A stretch of DNA of 41,162 nucleotides from Mesobacillus sp. (GCF_049588175.1 NZ_JBAVFI010000111.1:1-41162), one strand, 5' to 3'; counted from the first letter of the stretch, positions 19,400 to 29,847 are shown. A program made the numbers and translations. The notes: generated by a model not told the origin, from the sequence alone.

Positions 19400-19428
19400 A
19401 TCATACCATCTTTAGGAAAGAAAAGCAA
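19400..19428 (-). promoter_or_regulatory. candidate SigA promoter of cshA
   Basis: TTGCTT-17 bp-TATGAT with TGn extension. Confidence 0.65.
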
Positions 19429-19444
19429 TTTTTGCGGAATTGAT

Positions 19445-20155
19445 TTAGCCGCCAATGCCTTCTCTTTGCATGGAGGTTAAAAAAATATAAACTTCCTCGA
19501 AAAGCTGTTCCTTTTCATCACAGTGACAAATCAGATGTTTGGAGTTTTTATAAAAAATCAGCCGTTTTTGTGCTGACCCAATATTTTCATATAAATATTG
19601 GGCACTTTTGGGAGGGACAATACCATCGCTCTCACCCTGTGCTATTAATGTCGGGACCTTCACATCATTGAGAATAGGCTTAATTTTATTAACGAGCCTG
19701 CGAAACTGCAAGGTAGCGGTCATGGGTGTTTCTTTTATTTTTCGCTTATAACGCCGGAACAGCTCATTTTCCTTCAGTTTTCCTTTTACTGTATCCCTCA
19801 TCATTTCCCTGACGTCGACGGCGAGCTGCTTAGGGTTCACATAATAGGCAGCCGCGCTGAGCAGGACGAGTTTTTCTACCGGATATTTCGATGCAAGATA
19901 GCCTGCGATCAATCCACCCATCGAAAAACCGACGACATACACGGTATCGCATTCCTTCAGGAGCGCTTTCAGTTCGTTTTCGGCATGAAGAATCCATTGA
20001 TCATATGTGATGCCTTTTAAACTGAGCTCATCTCCGTGTCCTGGAAGCGTGGGGACTGCTATTTTCCAATCCGTTCTTTCTTTTAACGACTTGGCAAGGG
20101 GTTCTACTTCAAATGGCGCCCCGGTAAATCCATGGATTAAAAGACAACCTATCAT
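19445..20155 (-). CDS. alpha/beta hydrolase (carboxylesterase)
   Basis: LIHGFTG oxyanion motif, GFSMGG nucleophile, QGESDGIV Asp, SKH His. Confidence 0.9.
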   Translation of the reverse strand: MIGCLLIHGFTGAPFEVEPLAKSLKERTDWKIAVPTLPGHGDELSLKGITYDQWILHAENELKALLKECDTVYVVGFSMGGLIAGYLASKYPVEKLVLLSAAAYYVNPKQLAVDVREMMRDTVKGKLKENELFRRYKRKIKETPMTATLQFRRLVNKIKPILNDVKVPTLIAQGESDGIVPPKSAQYLYENIGSAQKRLIFYKNSKHLICHCDEKEQLFEEVYIFLTSMQREGIGG

Positions 20156-20282
20156 AACCAATCACCCATTAGTTTTTCTCGTATTTAATCTTTCCCCATT
20201 TTAAATCATTTAACCCTTAAAATCCTATAATAACGACTCCTGAAAACAGAAAAGATGCCCTTTTCAGGACATCTGGATGGGG

Positions 20283-21662
20283 TTATTTTTGCAGTGATTG
20301 CACCACTTCTTCTAGCTTCATTCCGCGGGAAGCTTTTACAAGGACAATCGTTCCGTTCGTCACATGTTTTTTCAGTTCGTCGCTTAATGCTTGTTTATCC
20401 TGGTATGCAAAAACCTTTTCTTCGCCAAGCACTTCTTTTGCGCCCTTGGCAATCATTTCGCTAAGCTTGCCATATGTGAAAACAAAGTCGATTTTCTCCG
20501 CATCTAAGGATGTTCCCACTTTATAATGGTACTCTTCCTCAAGCGGCCCAAGCTCGAGCATATCTCCAAGGACAAGAATCTTCCGGCTATAGCCAGTCAG
20601 GTTCGCAACCAGATCGATCGCAGCATTCATTGAAGTCGGGCTGGCATTGTAAGCATCATTGATGATCTTCTCGCCTTTTGCGCCTTCTGATAGCTCCATT
20701 CTCATATTCGTCAGTTTCAGTCCGGCAAATCCTTCATTCATTTCTTCAAAAGGAACCCCAAGGAACTCTGCAGCAAGCATCGCAGCTAATGCATTAAGAA
20801 TGTTATGGTTGCCGAGAACTGGTAACTCGAAAGTCTCATCTCCGTGATTCGTTTTGAACCTGTTTCCATTTTCCATCGGTTCGACGCTGACAGGATAAAG
20901 GTCATTTTCAGAGCTTGATCCAAATGTCTTCAGATTGCCTGTTCCATTATACTCCTTGAGCCTTTCTTGAAGCAGCGGTTCGTCGCCATTAAAAATAATC
21001 AAGCCGTTATCTCTTAGCCCGCTGATAATTTCAAGCTTCGCATCAGCGATTGCTTCTCTGGAACCTAGGTCAAGCAAATGGGATTCGCCGATGTTCGTGA
21101 TGATTACAGCGTCAGGACGGCCCATTTCTGTTAAAAATTCAATTTCCCCTTTGCTGCTCATGCCCATTTCAAGCACAGCAACCTCTGTATCTTCCCTAAG
21201 ACGGAGAAGCGTCAGCGGCAGGCCAAGATGGTTGTTGAAATTGCCTTCCGTTTTCTGTACCTTGAATTTTAATGCCAGCAAATCCGCTGTCATATCCTTC
21301 GTCGTCGTTTTGCCGTTGCTGCCTGTAATGCCGACTACTTTGATATCGAGTGAATTGCGGTAACTTCTTGCCAGCTCCTGCAAAGCCACTGTTGTATCTT
21401 CAACGATCATGATTGGCAAATCTTCAGGAGGATTCGGAACATCCTTTTGCCAAAGTGCAGCTGAAGCTCCGCCGTTTTCAATAACGTCAACAACAAAATT
21501 ATGCCCGTCCGTTCGTTCACCTTTAAAAGGAACAAACAAATTCCCTGCTTCGATTTTTCTTGTATCGATCGAAACGCCTTTGACGATCACATCACCGAAC
21601 CTGCTGACATCGTTTAACGCTCCGGCCATTTGAGCGATTTCTGATAATGTTTTTTGGATCAT
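20283..21662 (-). CDS. murF: UDP-MurNAc-tripeptide--D-Ala-D-Ala ligase
   Basis: GITGSNGKTTTK, NNHLGLP, NDAYNASP, LGDMLELG, KASRG. Confidence 0.97.
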   Translation of the reverse strand: MIQKTLSEIAQMAGALNDVSRFGDVIVKGVSIDTRKIEAGNLFVPFKGERTDGHNFVVDVIENGGASAALWQKDVPNPPEDLPIMIVEDTTVALQELARSYRNSLDIKVVGITGSNGKTTTKDMTADLLALKFKVQKTEGNFNNHLGLPLTLLRLREDTEVAVLEMGMSSKGEIEFLTEMGRPDAVIITNIGESHLLDLGSREAIADAKLEIISGLRDNGLIIFNGDEPLLQERLKEYNGTGNLKTFGSSSENDLYPVSVEPMENGNRFKTNHGDETFELPVLGNHNILNALAAMLAAEFLGVPFEEMNEGFAGLKLTNMRMELSEGAKGEKIINDAYNASPTSMNAAIDLVANLTGYSRKILVLGDMLELGPLEEEYHYKVGTSLDAEKIDFVFTYGKLSEMIAKGAKEVLGEEKVFAYQDKQALSDELKKHVTNGTIVLVKASRGMKLEEVVQSLQK

Positions 21663-21791
21663 ATTGATTTCCTCCCATTGACGGCAAAAATGAAGGAACA
21701 CGGCCAAAAAAGCATAATGCTTCCGCTGGCCGTGTTTCCCCTCGATGTAAATTTATAAATGCTCTACCAGTTTGTACATACACCCCACCAC

Positions 21792-21843
21792 ATTAACGCA
21801 TCAATCCGCCGGGGGTCTGACCCCCAGCACTTTAAAGTGTTAA
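21792..21843. repeat. REP-like palindromic element, copy 2
   Basis: ATTAACGC...GGGGGTCTGACCCCCAG..CTTTAA.G.GTTAA; its right end overlaps the ddl stop codon. Confidence 0.8.
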
Positions 21844-22922
21844 AAGGTATATTTGATTTTTTGCTTTTCGGTGTGGCGTTCGATTGCCAGGTTTACTAAT
21901 TTTTCGATTAGTTGCGGGTATTCGACTCCCGTGTGCTTCCACAGCAGCGGGAACATGCTGAATGGAGTGAAGCCAGGCATTGTGTTGACTTCGTTGATCA
22001 GGAATTCTCCTTCTTTTGTAAGGAAGAAGTCAGCGCGGACAAGTCCTGAGCAATCAAGCGCTTTGAACGCTGCAACCGCCATCTCTTGGATATCCGCATA
22101 TTGCTGTTCAGTGATTTCAGCAGGAATGATCATCGCTGTATCGCCATCTTCGTATTTAGCCTTGTAATCATAGAAATCCTTCTTAGGAACGATTTCACCG
22201 ACTACAGAGCATTCAGGCTCGTCATTGCCCAATACGCCGATTTCGATTTCACGCGCAACGACACCCTGTTCAATGATGATTTTACGGTCAAATTGGAATG
22301 CTTCTTTGAACGCAGCTTCAAGCTCCACTTTGTTTGAAGCCTTGCTGATTCCAACACTTGATCCAAGGTTCGCCGGCTTTACAAAGCATGGATAGCCAAG
22401 TCTTTCTTCTACCAGGCTGTAAACTTTTTCGTTATCCTTTTCCCATTCGCTGCGCAAAGCAGATACATAATCCACCTGAGGCAGTCCAGCTTGGGCAAAG
22501 ATGTTTTTCATGAGTACTTTATCCATTCCAGCTGCCGATGCTAAAACACCATTGCCGACATAAGGAAGGTTCAATAATTCCAATAGACCCTGCACCGTTC
22601 CATCCTCACCGTTTGGACCGTGAAGCAACGGGAAAATGACATCAAGGGTCTGGCTTGCTTCCGCTCCGCCAGCCTGGAATAATGCTGGTGTAAATGAAGG
22701 GGATGGCAGGTTTGAAGCATCAGAAAACTCAAGAGCTTTCACATTTTCAGCCGGGGCGCTCAATTGAGGGCCCTTGACCCACTCTCCCTCCTCCGTTATG
22801 TATATAGGATAAATCTCGAATTTTTCAAAATCCAATGCCTTCGTAACCGCCAGCGCAGTCTGCATGGAAACTTTATGTTCAGCCGATTTGCCGCCATACA
22901 GCAGCCCGATTCTTGTCTTCAT
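21840..22922 (-). CDS. ddl: D-alanine--D-alanine ligase
   Basis: [34 protein letters not shown] omega loop, NEVNTMPG. Confidence 0.98.
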   Translation of the reverse strand: MKTRIGLLYGGKSAEHKVSMQTALAVTKALDFEKFEIYPIYITEEGEWVKGPQLSAPAENVKALEFSDASNLPSPSFTPALFQAGGAEASQTLDVIFPLLHGPNGEDGTVQGLLELLNLPYVGNGVLASAAGMDKVLMKNIFAQAGLPQVDYVSALRSEWEKDNEKVYSLVEERLGYPCFVKPANLGSSVGISKASNKVELEAAFKEAFQFDRKIIIEQGVVAREIEIGVLGNDEPECSVVGEIVPKKDFYDYKAKYEDGDTAMIIPAEITEQQYADIQEMAVAAFKALDCSGLVRADFFLTKEGEFLINEVNTMPGFTPFSMFPLLWKHTGVEYPQLIEKLVNLAIERHTEKQKIKYTF

Positions 22923-23410
22923 AAAAATTGACCTCCAATTATGATTCACTTTTCAATTCAGATAACATCTATGTCGAGTGTCTTAGCCTGATTTCATCCC
23001 GATTAACCCCTTGCGATTATCCGCCATCAAGAAATAACTTTTAAGGGGCACAGGTCCGGCCATGGCACTTCCGCTTATTATTTTACCACTTTATATTTTA
23101 AGAAAGTAAATGTTATCAATTTTTAATATTAGTTCCCCAGCTATACTATTTCCTCTTTTATTTGTATGAAACCTCAAGGTTAATTTAAAACCTGTTTGTT
23201 GAGAAACAAAAGTACTTTTATCGCTCCATTTTTAGGAAAAGAACCCAGTTTTCCTGTGTAAAATACCATATGAATCTATTAATAATTCCGTGAATATTGA
23301 TTTCTCAACACAAGGAAAAATTTCGAGGCAGAATTTCATGAAGCTAAAGAAATCGATTTCCTCCAGTTCAGAATAAAAATAAAACCCGCCATCAGGCGAG
23401 TTCATCAGAA

Positions 23411-23830
23411 TTATTTAACAATCATCACCGGCGCTTTTACGCGTTTTGCAACTTTATGGCTGACGCTGCCAAGTACCATCTCCTGAAGGCCATTCAATCC
23501 GCGGCTGCCGACAACAACTACATCGAATTCGTTATTGTTAGCATATTCAACAATTGCCGGGCCAGGTTCTCCCAGTAATTTTTCCAGCTTAAAGTTCAAA
23601 TCTTCGCTGTTAAACAGGCTTGTAACTGGCTGGAGTCTAAGTCTTCTTTTTTCCTCGACCACAGAACGATCTGGATTGTGGAGTATATCTTCCTTCGATG
23701 TCTGTCCATCGATGACGTAAACTACGGTAATTTCACTATTGCCGCTTAGTTTTGCCAGTTCCGCGGCTTTTTTTGCCGCCCGCACAGAATGGCCAGAACC
23801 ATCTGCCGCAAGTAAAATCTTTTGAAACAT
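23411..23830 (-). CDS. universal stress protein
   Basis: KILLAADGS, VVGSRGLN...LGSVSHKV. Confidence 0.93.
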   Translation of the reverse strand: MFQKILLAADGSGHSVRAAKKAAELAKLSGNSEITVVYVIDGQTSKEDILHNPDRSVVEEKRRLRLQPVTSLFNSEDLNFKLEKLLGEPGPAIVEYANNNEFDVVVVGSRGLNGLQEMVLGSVSHKVAKRVKAPVMIVK

Positions 23831-23875
23831 CGATACTCTCCCCCTGCCTATGTATCTACTATCTTATTTATAAAA

Positions 23876-23905
23876 GAAAGCACGCTGAATAGTCAACGTG
23901 CTTTC
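23876..23905 (-). terminator. hairpin/terminator between the SulP and USP genes
   Basis: GAAAGCACG-12 nt-CGTGCTTTC followed by TTTT. Confidence 0.6.
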
Positions 23906-23915
23906 CCAAGAATTA

Positions 23916-25388
23916 TTAATGTCCGGAAAGCTTTGCGCCTTCCTGTTTGTGAACGGCAAGCTTTTCAATCAAAGTAGAGCTTGGCTCATTCAAGCCCTGC
24001 AAGCGGACTGCCGTAGCGTTCTCCCTTAATTTCAGGACAATTTTATCAATTGCCGCAACGGCTGAATCATCCCATACATGGGCATGGGTGAGGTCTATCA
24101 CTACTTCTTTTGCTGTTTCTTTAAAATCGATCGAGGCAATCAAGTCTGTTACGGAAGCAAAAAACACCTGACCTGTTATAAAATATGTGCGTCGTTCTGC
24201 AGCAATATCGAAAGTGGAGTTGACCTTCACTTTTGAGATCTTCGCTACAAAGAAAATCGCACTCAGGATGATACCGGCAAAGACACCTTTTGAAAGATCG
24301 TGTGTGAATACCGTGGTAACAGTACTTGTCACCATTACAATGGAATCCGTAACTTGATTTTTCGCCAATCCTTTAATCGAGGACCAGTCGAAGGTACCAA
24401 TTGATACCATGATCATGACTCCAACAAGTGCTGCCATCGGAATTCTGACGACTAGATCTCCTAAAACAATGATCAAGAACATCAGGAATGTACCCGCCAC
24501 AAATGCAGACAGTCTGCCTCGTCCGCCAGATTTAACGTTAATCACTGACTGTCCAATCATCGCACAGCCTGCCATGCCGCCAAAGAATCCAGCAACAATA
24601 TTCGCAAGCCCCTGTCCGCGGCTCTCCTGGTTCTTATTGCTTTCTGTATCTGTCATATCATCCACAATCGAAGCCGTCAGCAATGATTCCAGCAGGCCTA
24701 CCATTGCTAAAGCAATTGAATATGGAAAAATAATTTTCAAAGTTTCAAAGTTAATTGGTACATTTGGGATAAAGAATGCTGGCAATTCAGAGGTCAGCTT
24801 TCCCATATCCCCAACTGTCCTTACATCACTATTCGTCATAAGCGCGATAATCGTGATGACGATAATTGCGACGAGCGGTGATGGAACTGCCTTCGTTACC
24901 CGCGGAAACAAATAGATAATCGCAAGAGCTCCTGCTACCATTGCATACATGACCCATGTAGCATCAACAAATTGTTCAAGCTGTGCCATAAAAATAAGAA
25001 TGGCCAGCGCATTCACAAAGCCAATCATGACAGATCGTGGTATAAATTTTGTAAACCTCGCAAGCTTAAAGACACCAAACAGGATTTGCAAGATCCCAGT
25101 CAGGATGGTCGCAGCAAACAAGTATTGCAGGCCATGATCTTTTACCAGCGTGACCATGACAAGAGCCATTGCTCCTGTTGCTGCAGAAATCATGCCAGGA
25201 CGGCCGCCAAAAAACGCAATCGTCACGGCAATCGCAAATGAAGCGTAAAGACCAACCATCGGATCAACACCCGCAATAATCGAAAAAGCGATTGCTTCAG
25301 GAATCAGGGCAAGCGCGACAACGATACCTGAAAGAATATCGCCCTTAATATTGCCAAACCATTGCTGTTTAATTGTATTCGTATTCAA
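23916..25388 (-). CDS. SulP/SLC26 anion transporter with STAS domain
   Basis: [33 protein letters not shown]-terminal STAS (WDDSAV); TTG start after AAGGGGTG. Confidence 0.93.
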   Translation of the reverse strand: MNTNTIKQQWFGNIKGDILSGIVVALALIPEAIAFSIIAGVDPMVGLYASFAIAVTIAFFGGRPGMISAATGAMALVMVTLVKDHGLQYLFAATILTGILQILFGVFKLARFTKFIPRSVMIGFVNALAILIFMAQLEQFVDATWVMYAMVAGALAIIYLFPRVTKAVPSPLVAIIVITIIALMTNSDVRTVGDMGKLTSELPAFFIPNVPINFETLKIIFPYSIALAMVGLLESLLTASIVDDMTDTESNKNQESRGQGLANIVAGFFGGMAGCAMIGQSVINVKSGGRGRLSAFVAGTFLMFLIIVLGDLVVRIPMAALVGVMIMVSIGTFDWSSIKGLAKNQVTDSIVMVTSTVTTVFTHDLSKGVFAGIILSAIFFVAKISKVKVNSTFDIAAERRTYFITGQVFFASVTDLIASIDFKETAKEVVIDLTHAHVWDDSAVAAIDKIVLKLRENATAVRLQGLNEPSSTLIEKLAVHKQEGAKLSGH

Positions 25389-25596
25389 ATAAACACCCCT
25401 TATTATTTGTTGTGGCTTCCTACTCTCAAGCAAGCCGGGTCCGATAAAAACAAGAGATATCATAACATAATAAGAGAAATAGACAACCACAAATGTAAAC
25501 GTTACAATTTTTGTTTATCTGCTGTTTTCTTCAATATTCGTCATTTTTCATATAAGTATAGTGAAAGTAATCCTGCTAACTGGAATCCGATTCCAT

Positions 25597-25623
25597 AAAA
25601 AAAAACCCTGCGTAACAACAGGG
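25597..25623 (-). terminator. terminator after the VOC gene
   Basis: CCCTG-8 nt-CAGGG followed by T9. Confidence 0.7.
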
Positions 25624-25632
25624 ATTCACTCT

Positions 25633-26016
25633 TTATCCAATCGGCGTGCAAATTTCAATATAATGCCCATCAGGGTCAGCCGCATACGCAACAACCTGTC
25701 CCCATGGCTTTTCTGTAGGCTCCAATAAAATCGGAACGCCAGCCTCGCGTAATTTTTCTACCGCACCTTTTACATCCTCGGTCACAAAACCAAGCTCAAA
25801 GGTCTGTTCCTTCCGTTGTCCATCAGGGATCGGAAGCTTAGTGATTTCACGGCCGCTTTCCCTTGTGTTCATGGAAAGGACTGTATTGCCTGTTTCATAT
25901 TCGATATATGTGCCAAATTCATTGCGAAGCTTCAAGCCAAGCAATTCACCGTAAAAGTGTTTTGTTTTTTCCAAATCCTCAACATATAAAATAACGTACC
26001 CAAGTTTTACATCCAT
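25633..26016 (-). CDS. VOC/glyoxalase family protein
   Basis: VILYVEDL...[29 protein letters not shown]. Confidence 0.9.
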   Translation of the reverse strand: MDVKLGYVILYVEDLEKTKHFYGELLGLKLRNEFGTYIEYETGNTVLSMNTRESGREITKLPIPDGQRKEQTFELGFVTEDVKGAVEKLREAGVPILLEPTEKPWGQVVAYAADPDGHYIEICTPIG

Positions 26017-26035
26017 GATTATCACCTCATCTTAT

Positions 26036-26064
26036 ACATTCGTGAACAGTTTTAGGATTCCTTC
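26036..26064 (-). promoter_or_regulatory. candidate SigH promoter of the VOC gene
   Basis: GAAGGAATC-11 bp-CACGAATGT resembles RNAGGAWWW-N11/12-RNNGAAT. Confidence 0.55.
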
Positions 26065-26105
26065 TTCAACGTTGCAGGAAACATATAGCCGCCATTCCTT
26101 GCCCC

Positions 26106-27551
26106 TCAATATTTCATTGCAGATTGTGCAGCTCGATATTTTAATATCGCTTCCCTCGTACAGGTGTAAATTCCCTCACTGATCAATTTCCCAAGCGGAG
26201 TTGCTGTGCCGGCATAGGATATTAATTCTCCTTGCTGAGTCGCGGCAATGCAAATACTGTCCGTGGAAATCCCGGGTGATGTGCCGGCTTTTCCAGAATG
26301 GCTTCCATCCACTTCCTGCAAAACACTCACTTTCGCTTCAGCCGCCGTCATCGAACTCTGGATAAACGCTTCCTCGGAAATTTTCCCGTTAATAAACAGC
26401 CACGTATTGATATTCCGCGGAAGTTCCCTCGACGTGTTCCCTGCAGATACTAGCACAAAAATCGAAAATTCATCAGCTTCGAAAAGCTCGCAGGCCGCAG
26501 TCTCTGAGGGAACAGCCGTCATCATGCCTACAGTCTCACTTGGAAGGAATCCATTCTCCTGCAAATATTCCGCCATTTCCGCTTTATGGTCGCTGCAGTC
26601 ATAATCTGCTGGAACAACCCTATTCACAAATGAACGATGCCACCCTATCCCTGCACCGGTAATTCCGGATGACATCGTCCTTAACGGAATCGGTGACTTG
26701 AGGACAATACGGTCACTGCCCATATCGAGCAGCTCCGAATCGATTTTTATATTTTGTTTTTCACCATCCCCAACTTCCGGAAGCAACAGCAGCTGAGGCT
26801 TTGCGATTTCAGGATGCGGATGATTTTTCACTTCAGTTTTATATACCTTCCGTATCCGCTCTTCTTTTAAAACTTCCATAGGAGTGTCCACAATCACTAT
26901 CTGGCCATTTTCCATGAGAAGCAGTCTATCACAATAGAGCGATGCTAAGTTCAAATCATGGAAAATAGACACAACGGTCAATTCTTCCTCAACGGTCCAT
27001 TTTTTCAGCAAATCCAGCAATTCTTTTTGAAAAGAAAGGTCAAGGTGATTCGTTGGCTCATCAAGTAGAAGGATTTTCGGCTGCTGTGCAAGAGCCTGGG
27101 CAAGAAATACCCGCTGCTTCTCACCTCCTGATAATTCAACAATGGACTTTCCCTGAAGGTGGGTAATCCCCGTCTGGCTCATCACCCTTTGAACAATAAA
27201 CTCATCGTCTTTAGTCCAACTGTGCAGCCAGCCTTTTTGGTGTGCATACCGGCCAAGCGATACGGTTTCTTTTACCGTGTAAGGAAAGGCCTGATCAGCA
27301 TGCTGGGGGAGCACTGCCATCAACCGGGCAAGCTGCTTCGGAGTGTAGGCATCCAGCGGCTGCCCATCTAGGGTAATACCACCAATTTTCGTACTCAAAG
27401 CACCGGAGATCATTTTTAACAAAGTGGTTTTCCCGCTCCCGTTCGGACCAAGAATGCCAAAGAGCTCCCCTTTTCCCACGGCAAACGAAACCCCCTTCAG
27501 GACTTCTCCACCCGAATATCCGCCTGTTAAATCGTTAACGGTTATCATCAT
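26106..27551 (-). CDS. cobalamin ABC ATPase (BtuD-like) fused to a CbiZ-like domain (YvrA type)
   Basis: GPNGSGKT, LSGGE, LLLDEPT; C-terminal TVGMMTA / AEAK / STDS CbiZ-like motifs. Confidence 0.88.
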   Translation of the reverse strand: MMITVNDLTGGYSGGEVLKGVSFAVGKGELFGILGPNGSGKTTLLKMISGALSTKIGGITLDGQPLDAYTPKQLARLMAVLPQHADQAFPYTVKETVSLGRYAHQKGWLHSWTKDDEFIVQRVMSQTGITHLQGKSIVELSGGEKQRVFLAQALAQQPKILLLDEPTNHLDLSFQKELLDLLKKWTVEEELTVVSIFHDLNLASLYCDRLLLMENGQIVIVDTPMEVLKEERIRKVYKTEVKNHPHPEIAKPQLLLLPEVGDGEKQNIKIDSELLDMGSDRIVLKSPIPLRTMSSGITGAGIGWHRSFVNRVVPADYDCSDHKAEMAEYLQENGFLPSETVGMMTAVPSETAACELFEADEFSIFVLVSAGNTSRELPRNINTWLFINGKISEEAFIQSSMTAAEAKVSVLQEVDGSHSGKAGTSPGISTDSICIAATQQGELISYAGTATPLGKLISEGIYTCTREAILKYRAAQSAMKY

Positions 27552-28606
27552 CCAGCACTTCTTTCCTTACGATTTCTCATTAAAATAAGCGCAAAAACCG
27601 GAGCGCCAATCAGCGCCGTAATCACCCCGATGGGAAGTTCTGCCGGCGCAATCACGGTACGTGATACAAGATCGGCCAGAATCAGAAAGCCGCTGCCGAT
27701 TAAAACCGATAGCGGAAGCAAATGTCTGTGATCCGGTCCCCAAATAGTCCTTGTTAAATGGGGAATGACCAATCCTACAAAACCGATTGTTCCTGAAACA
27801 GCAACAGCTGAACCTGTCAACAGCGAGCCTGACAGGAGAATCAACAGCTTCCTTCTTTCCACATTGACACCAAGATGCTGGGCACGCTCTTCTCCAAAGG
27901 ACATCGCGTTAAGTTCCCTGGCATTGGCTAGCAAGATCACCAAACCAATCATAAAGAATGGGAGGATAATTTTAATATACTCCCAGCCCCTCATCGATAC
28001 GCTGCCAAGCAGCCAGCCGATGATCTGCCGAAGCTCCTCCCCCGAAAGGGCAATCATTAATGAAATAAACGCTCCTAGAAAGGAACTAAGAATGATTCCG
28101 GTCAGGATAATCGTTTCAACCCTGAGCAGGCGGTCGATTTGCCGGGCAAAAAATAACACAAATAGAATTGTTGCGAAGGCGAATAAAATACTCAGCACTG
28201 GCAGCGTATAAGATTGGAAAAACGGCAGCGATATTCCCAAAAACAGGGTAATAACTGCGCCAATCGAAGCCCCTGAAGAAATCCCTAATGTATATGGATC
28301 TGCCAGCGGATTCCTTAACAGCCCCTGAAAGGCGGCTCCTGCAATCGCAAGGGACGCTCCGACAAGACCTGCAAGCAATACGCGCGGCAGCCTGATCTCC
28401 ATCACAATGCTTACATGCATCGGATCGATTCCCTGTCCCTGAAAGCGGAAAATTTCAGCACCAATGATTTTAATAATAGCGGGTACAGGGATGGAAACCG
28501 TTCCGATTGAAATGCCAAACAGCATCGATATGATTAAAAAGGCTGTGGCCGCAACATATGCTGAACCTTTTTTATTTAAAAACGTCCGGATATATGGCTT
28601 TTGCAA
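27548..28606 (-). CDS. btuC: cobalamin ABC permease (BtuC/FecCD family)
   Basis: IRLPRV, RNPLADPYTLGISSGA, IGFVGLVIPH; probable TTG start overlapping btuF; riboswitch context. Confidence 0.88.
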   Translation of the reverse strand: MQKPYIRTFLNKKGSAYVAATAFLIISMLFGISIGTVSIPVPAIIKIIGAEIFRFQGQGIDPMHVSIVMEIRLPRVLLAGLVGASLAIAGAAFQGLLRNPLADPYTLGISSGASIGAVITLFLGISLPFFQSYTLPVLSILFAFATILFVLFFARQIDRLLRVETIILTGIILSSFLGAFISLMIALSGEELRQIIGWLLGSVSMRGWEYIKIILPFFMIGLVILLANARELNAMSFGEERAQHLGVNVERRKLLILLSGSLLTGSAVAVSGTIGFVGLVIPHLTRTIWGPDHRHLLPLSVLIGSGFLILADLVSRTVIAPAELPIGVITALIGAPVFALILMRNRKERSAG

Positions 28607-29534
28607 GCTCCTCTGCTCCTTCAGCCAGCCTTGGACCTGAACGGGTAACGAGGTCGGAATGGACATCGAAAACCTGCTGGTCCTTGACGGCTTTTACATT
28701 TTTCCAGCCCTGTCGCCCAAGTACCTGCTCAACCGGCTTTTCTGAGTAATAACCATAGGTTGTGACAACGACGTCTGGATTACGCTCGACGATTGCTTCT
28801 TGATCGACCTTCGGCCAGCCTTCCATATCGCCAATAGCATTTTTCGCACCAATTAATGCGAGCATTTCATCGATGAAAGTGTTTTTTCCAGCAGCATAAA
28901 TCTCAGGTGCCGGGGATACCTCGACGAACACTGTCTTTTGCTGATCCGCCTTGATGGCTTCAGCCTGTTTTTTCAATTCAGCAAATCGGTTTTTCATATC
29001 ACCAACGAGGTTTGCTGCTTTCTCCGGCTCACCAATCGCTTGTCCGATCTTCTCAATCGATGTATAAACTCCGTCAAATGTCTGTGCATCATTCACGACC
29101 ACGACAGCAATTCCCGCATCGCGCAATTGCTGAAGCCCCGCTGCCGCACTATCAGCCGTTGACTCATGGGCAAGAATAAGATCAGGCTTCAGGGAAATCA
29201 TTTTTTCAACATTGAATTCCATCCCGCCGATTTTTTCCTTCGCCATCGCTTCTTCAGGATAATTATCAAAATCTGTCACGCCAACAATCGCATCGCCATG
29301 ATCAAGCGCATAAACGATTTCCGTATTGCTAGGAATCAGTGAAATGATTTTTTCTGGTTTCTCTTCAATTACTACTTTATCATTAAGTGCATCTTTTACC
29401 GTAACCGGGAACCCTGTCTGTTGTTCCTGTGCTGCTTTTTCCTGCTGCTTTGGTTCGGACTGTTTATCTCCACATCCTCCGAGCACGATGACAGCCATTA
29501 GCATGGCCAATAATAATGAATAGTACTTTTTCAT
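28572..29534 (-). CDS. btuF: cobalamin ABC substrate-binding lipoprotein (BtuF-like)
   Basis: Lipobox LGGC, ISLIPSNTEI, LKPDL, RSGPR; directly under a B12 riboswitch. Confidence 0.88.
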   Translation of the reverse strand: MKKYYSLLLAMLMAVIVLGGCGDKQSEPKQQEKAAQEQQTGFPVTVKDALNDKVVIEEKPEKIISLIPSNTEIVYALDHGDAIVGVTDFDNYPEEAMAKEKIGGMEFNVEKMISLKPDLILAHESTADSAAAGLQQLRDAGIAVVVVNDAQTFDGVYTSIEKIGQAIGEPEKAANLVGDMKNRFAELKKQAEAIKADQQKTVFVEVSPAPEIYAAGKNTFIDEMLALIGAKNAIGDMEGWPKVDQEAIVERNPDVVVTTYGYYSEKPVEQVLGRQGWKNVKAVKDQQVFDVHSDLVTRSGPRLAEGAEELAKAIYPDVFK

Positions 29535-29585
29535 TTACTTCTCCTCCATTTTTAATTTTCCGCGATGTGCGGAAAAGCTTCTGAA

Positions 29586-29727
29586 TAAGCTCTGTTAAAG
29601 CTGAGTGTTTTTTTAAACCCTGTTGATTGTAGTGGAAGGCGCGAAGACTCCTGCGGGCTCAGCGCCGGCCCCGCGGAAAGCGAAGCGCCTGGAACGAAAA
29701 TCAACAGCCTTGTTTAACAAAGCCTTA
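29586..29727. repeat. MITE-like Bacillaceae repeat, internally deleted copy
   Basis: Terminal IR GCTCTGTTAAA / TTTAACAAAGC, inner IR CTGTTGATT / AATCAACAG, shares GACTCCTGCGGG and GCCCCGCGGAAAGCGA with the copy at 36949. Confidence 0.8.
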
Positions 29728-29735
29728 AATAAAAT

Positions 29736-29766
29736 AAAAAAACATCTCCACCTGAAGGGGAGATGT
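29736..29766 (-). terminator. riboswitch-associated terminator
   Basis: ACATCTCC-9 nt-GGAGATGT followed by a T tract downstream of the aptamer. Confidence 0.8.
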
Positions 29767-29847
29767 CCGAGTAAGCAAATGTTTTTGAAGATACAAAAAG
29801 ACATAGAGCCTGTCGGCACCTCCCTATCCTCGTAGGTTTGCTGGTGC

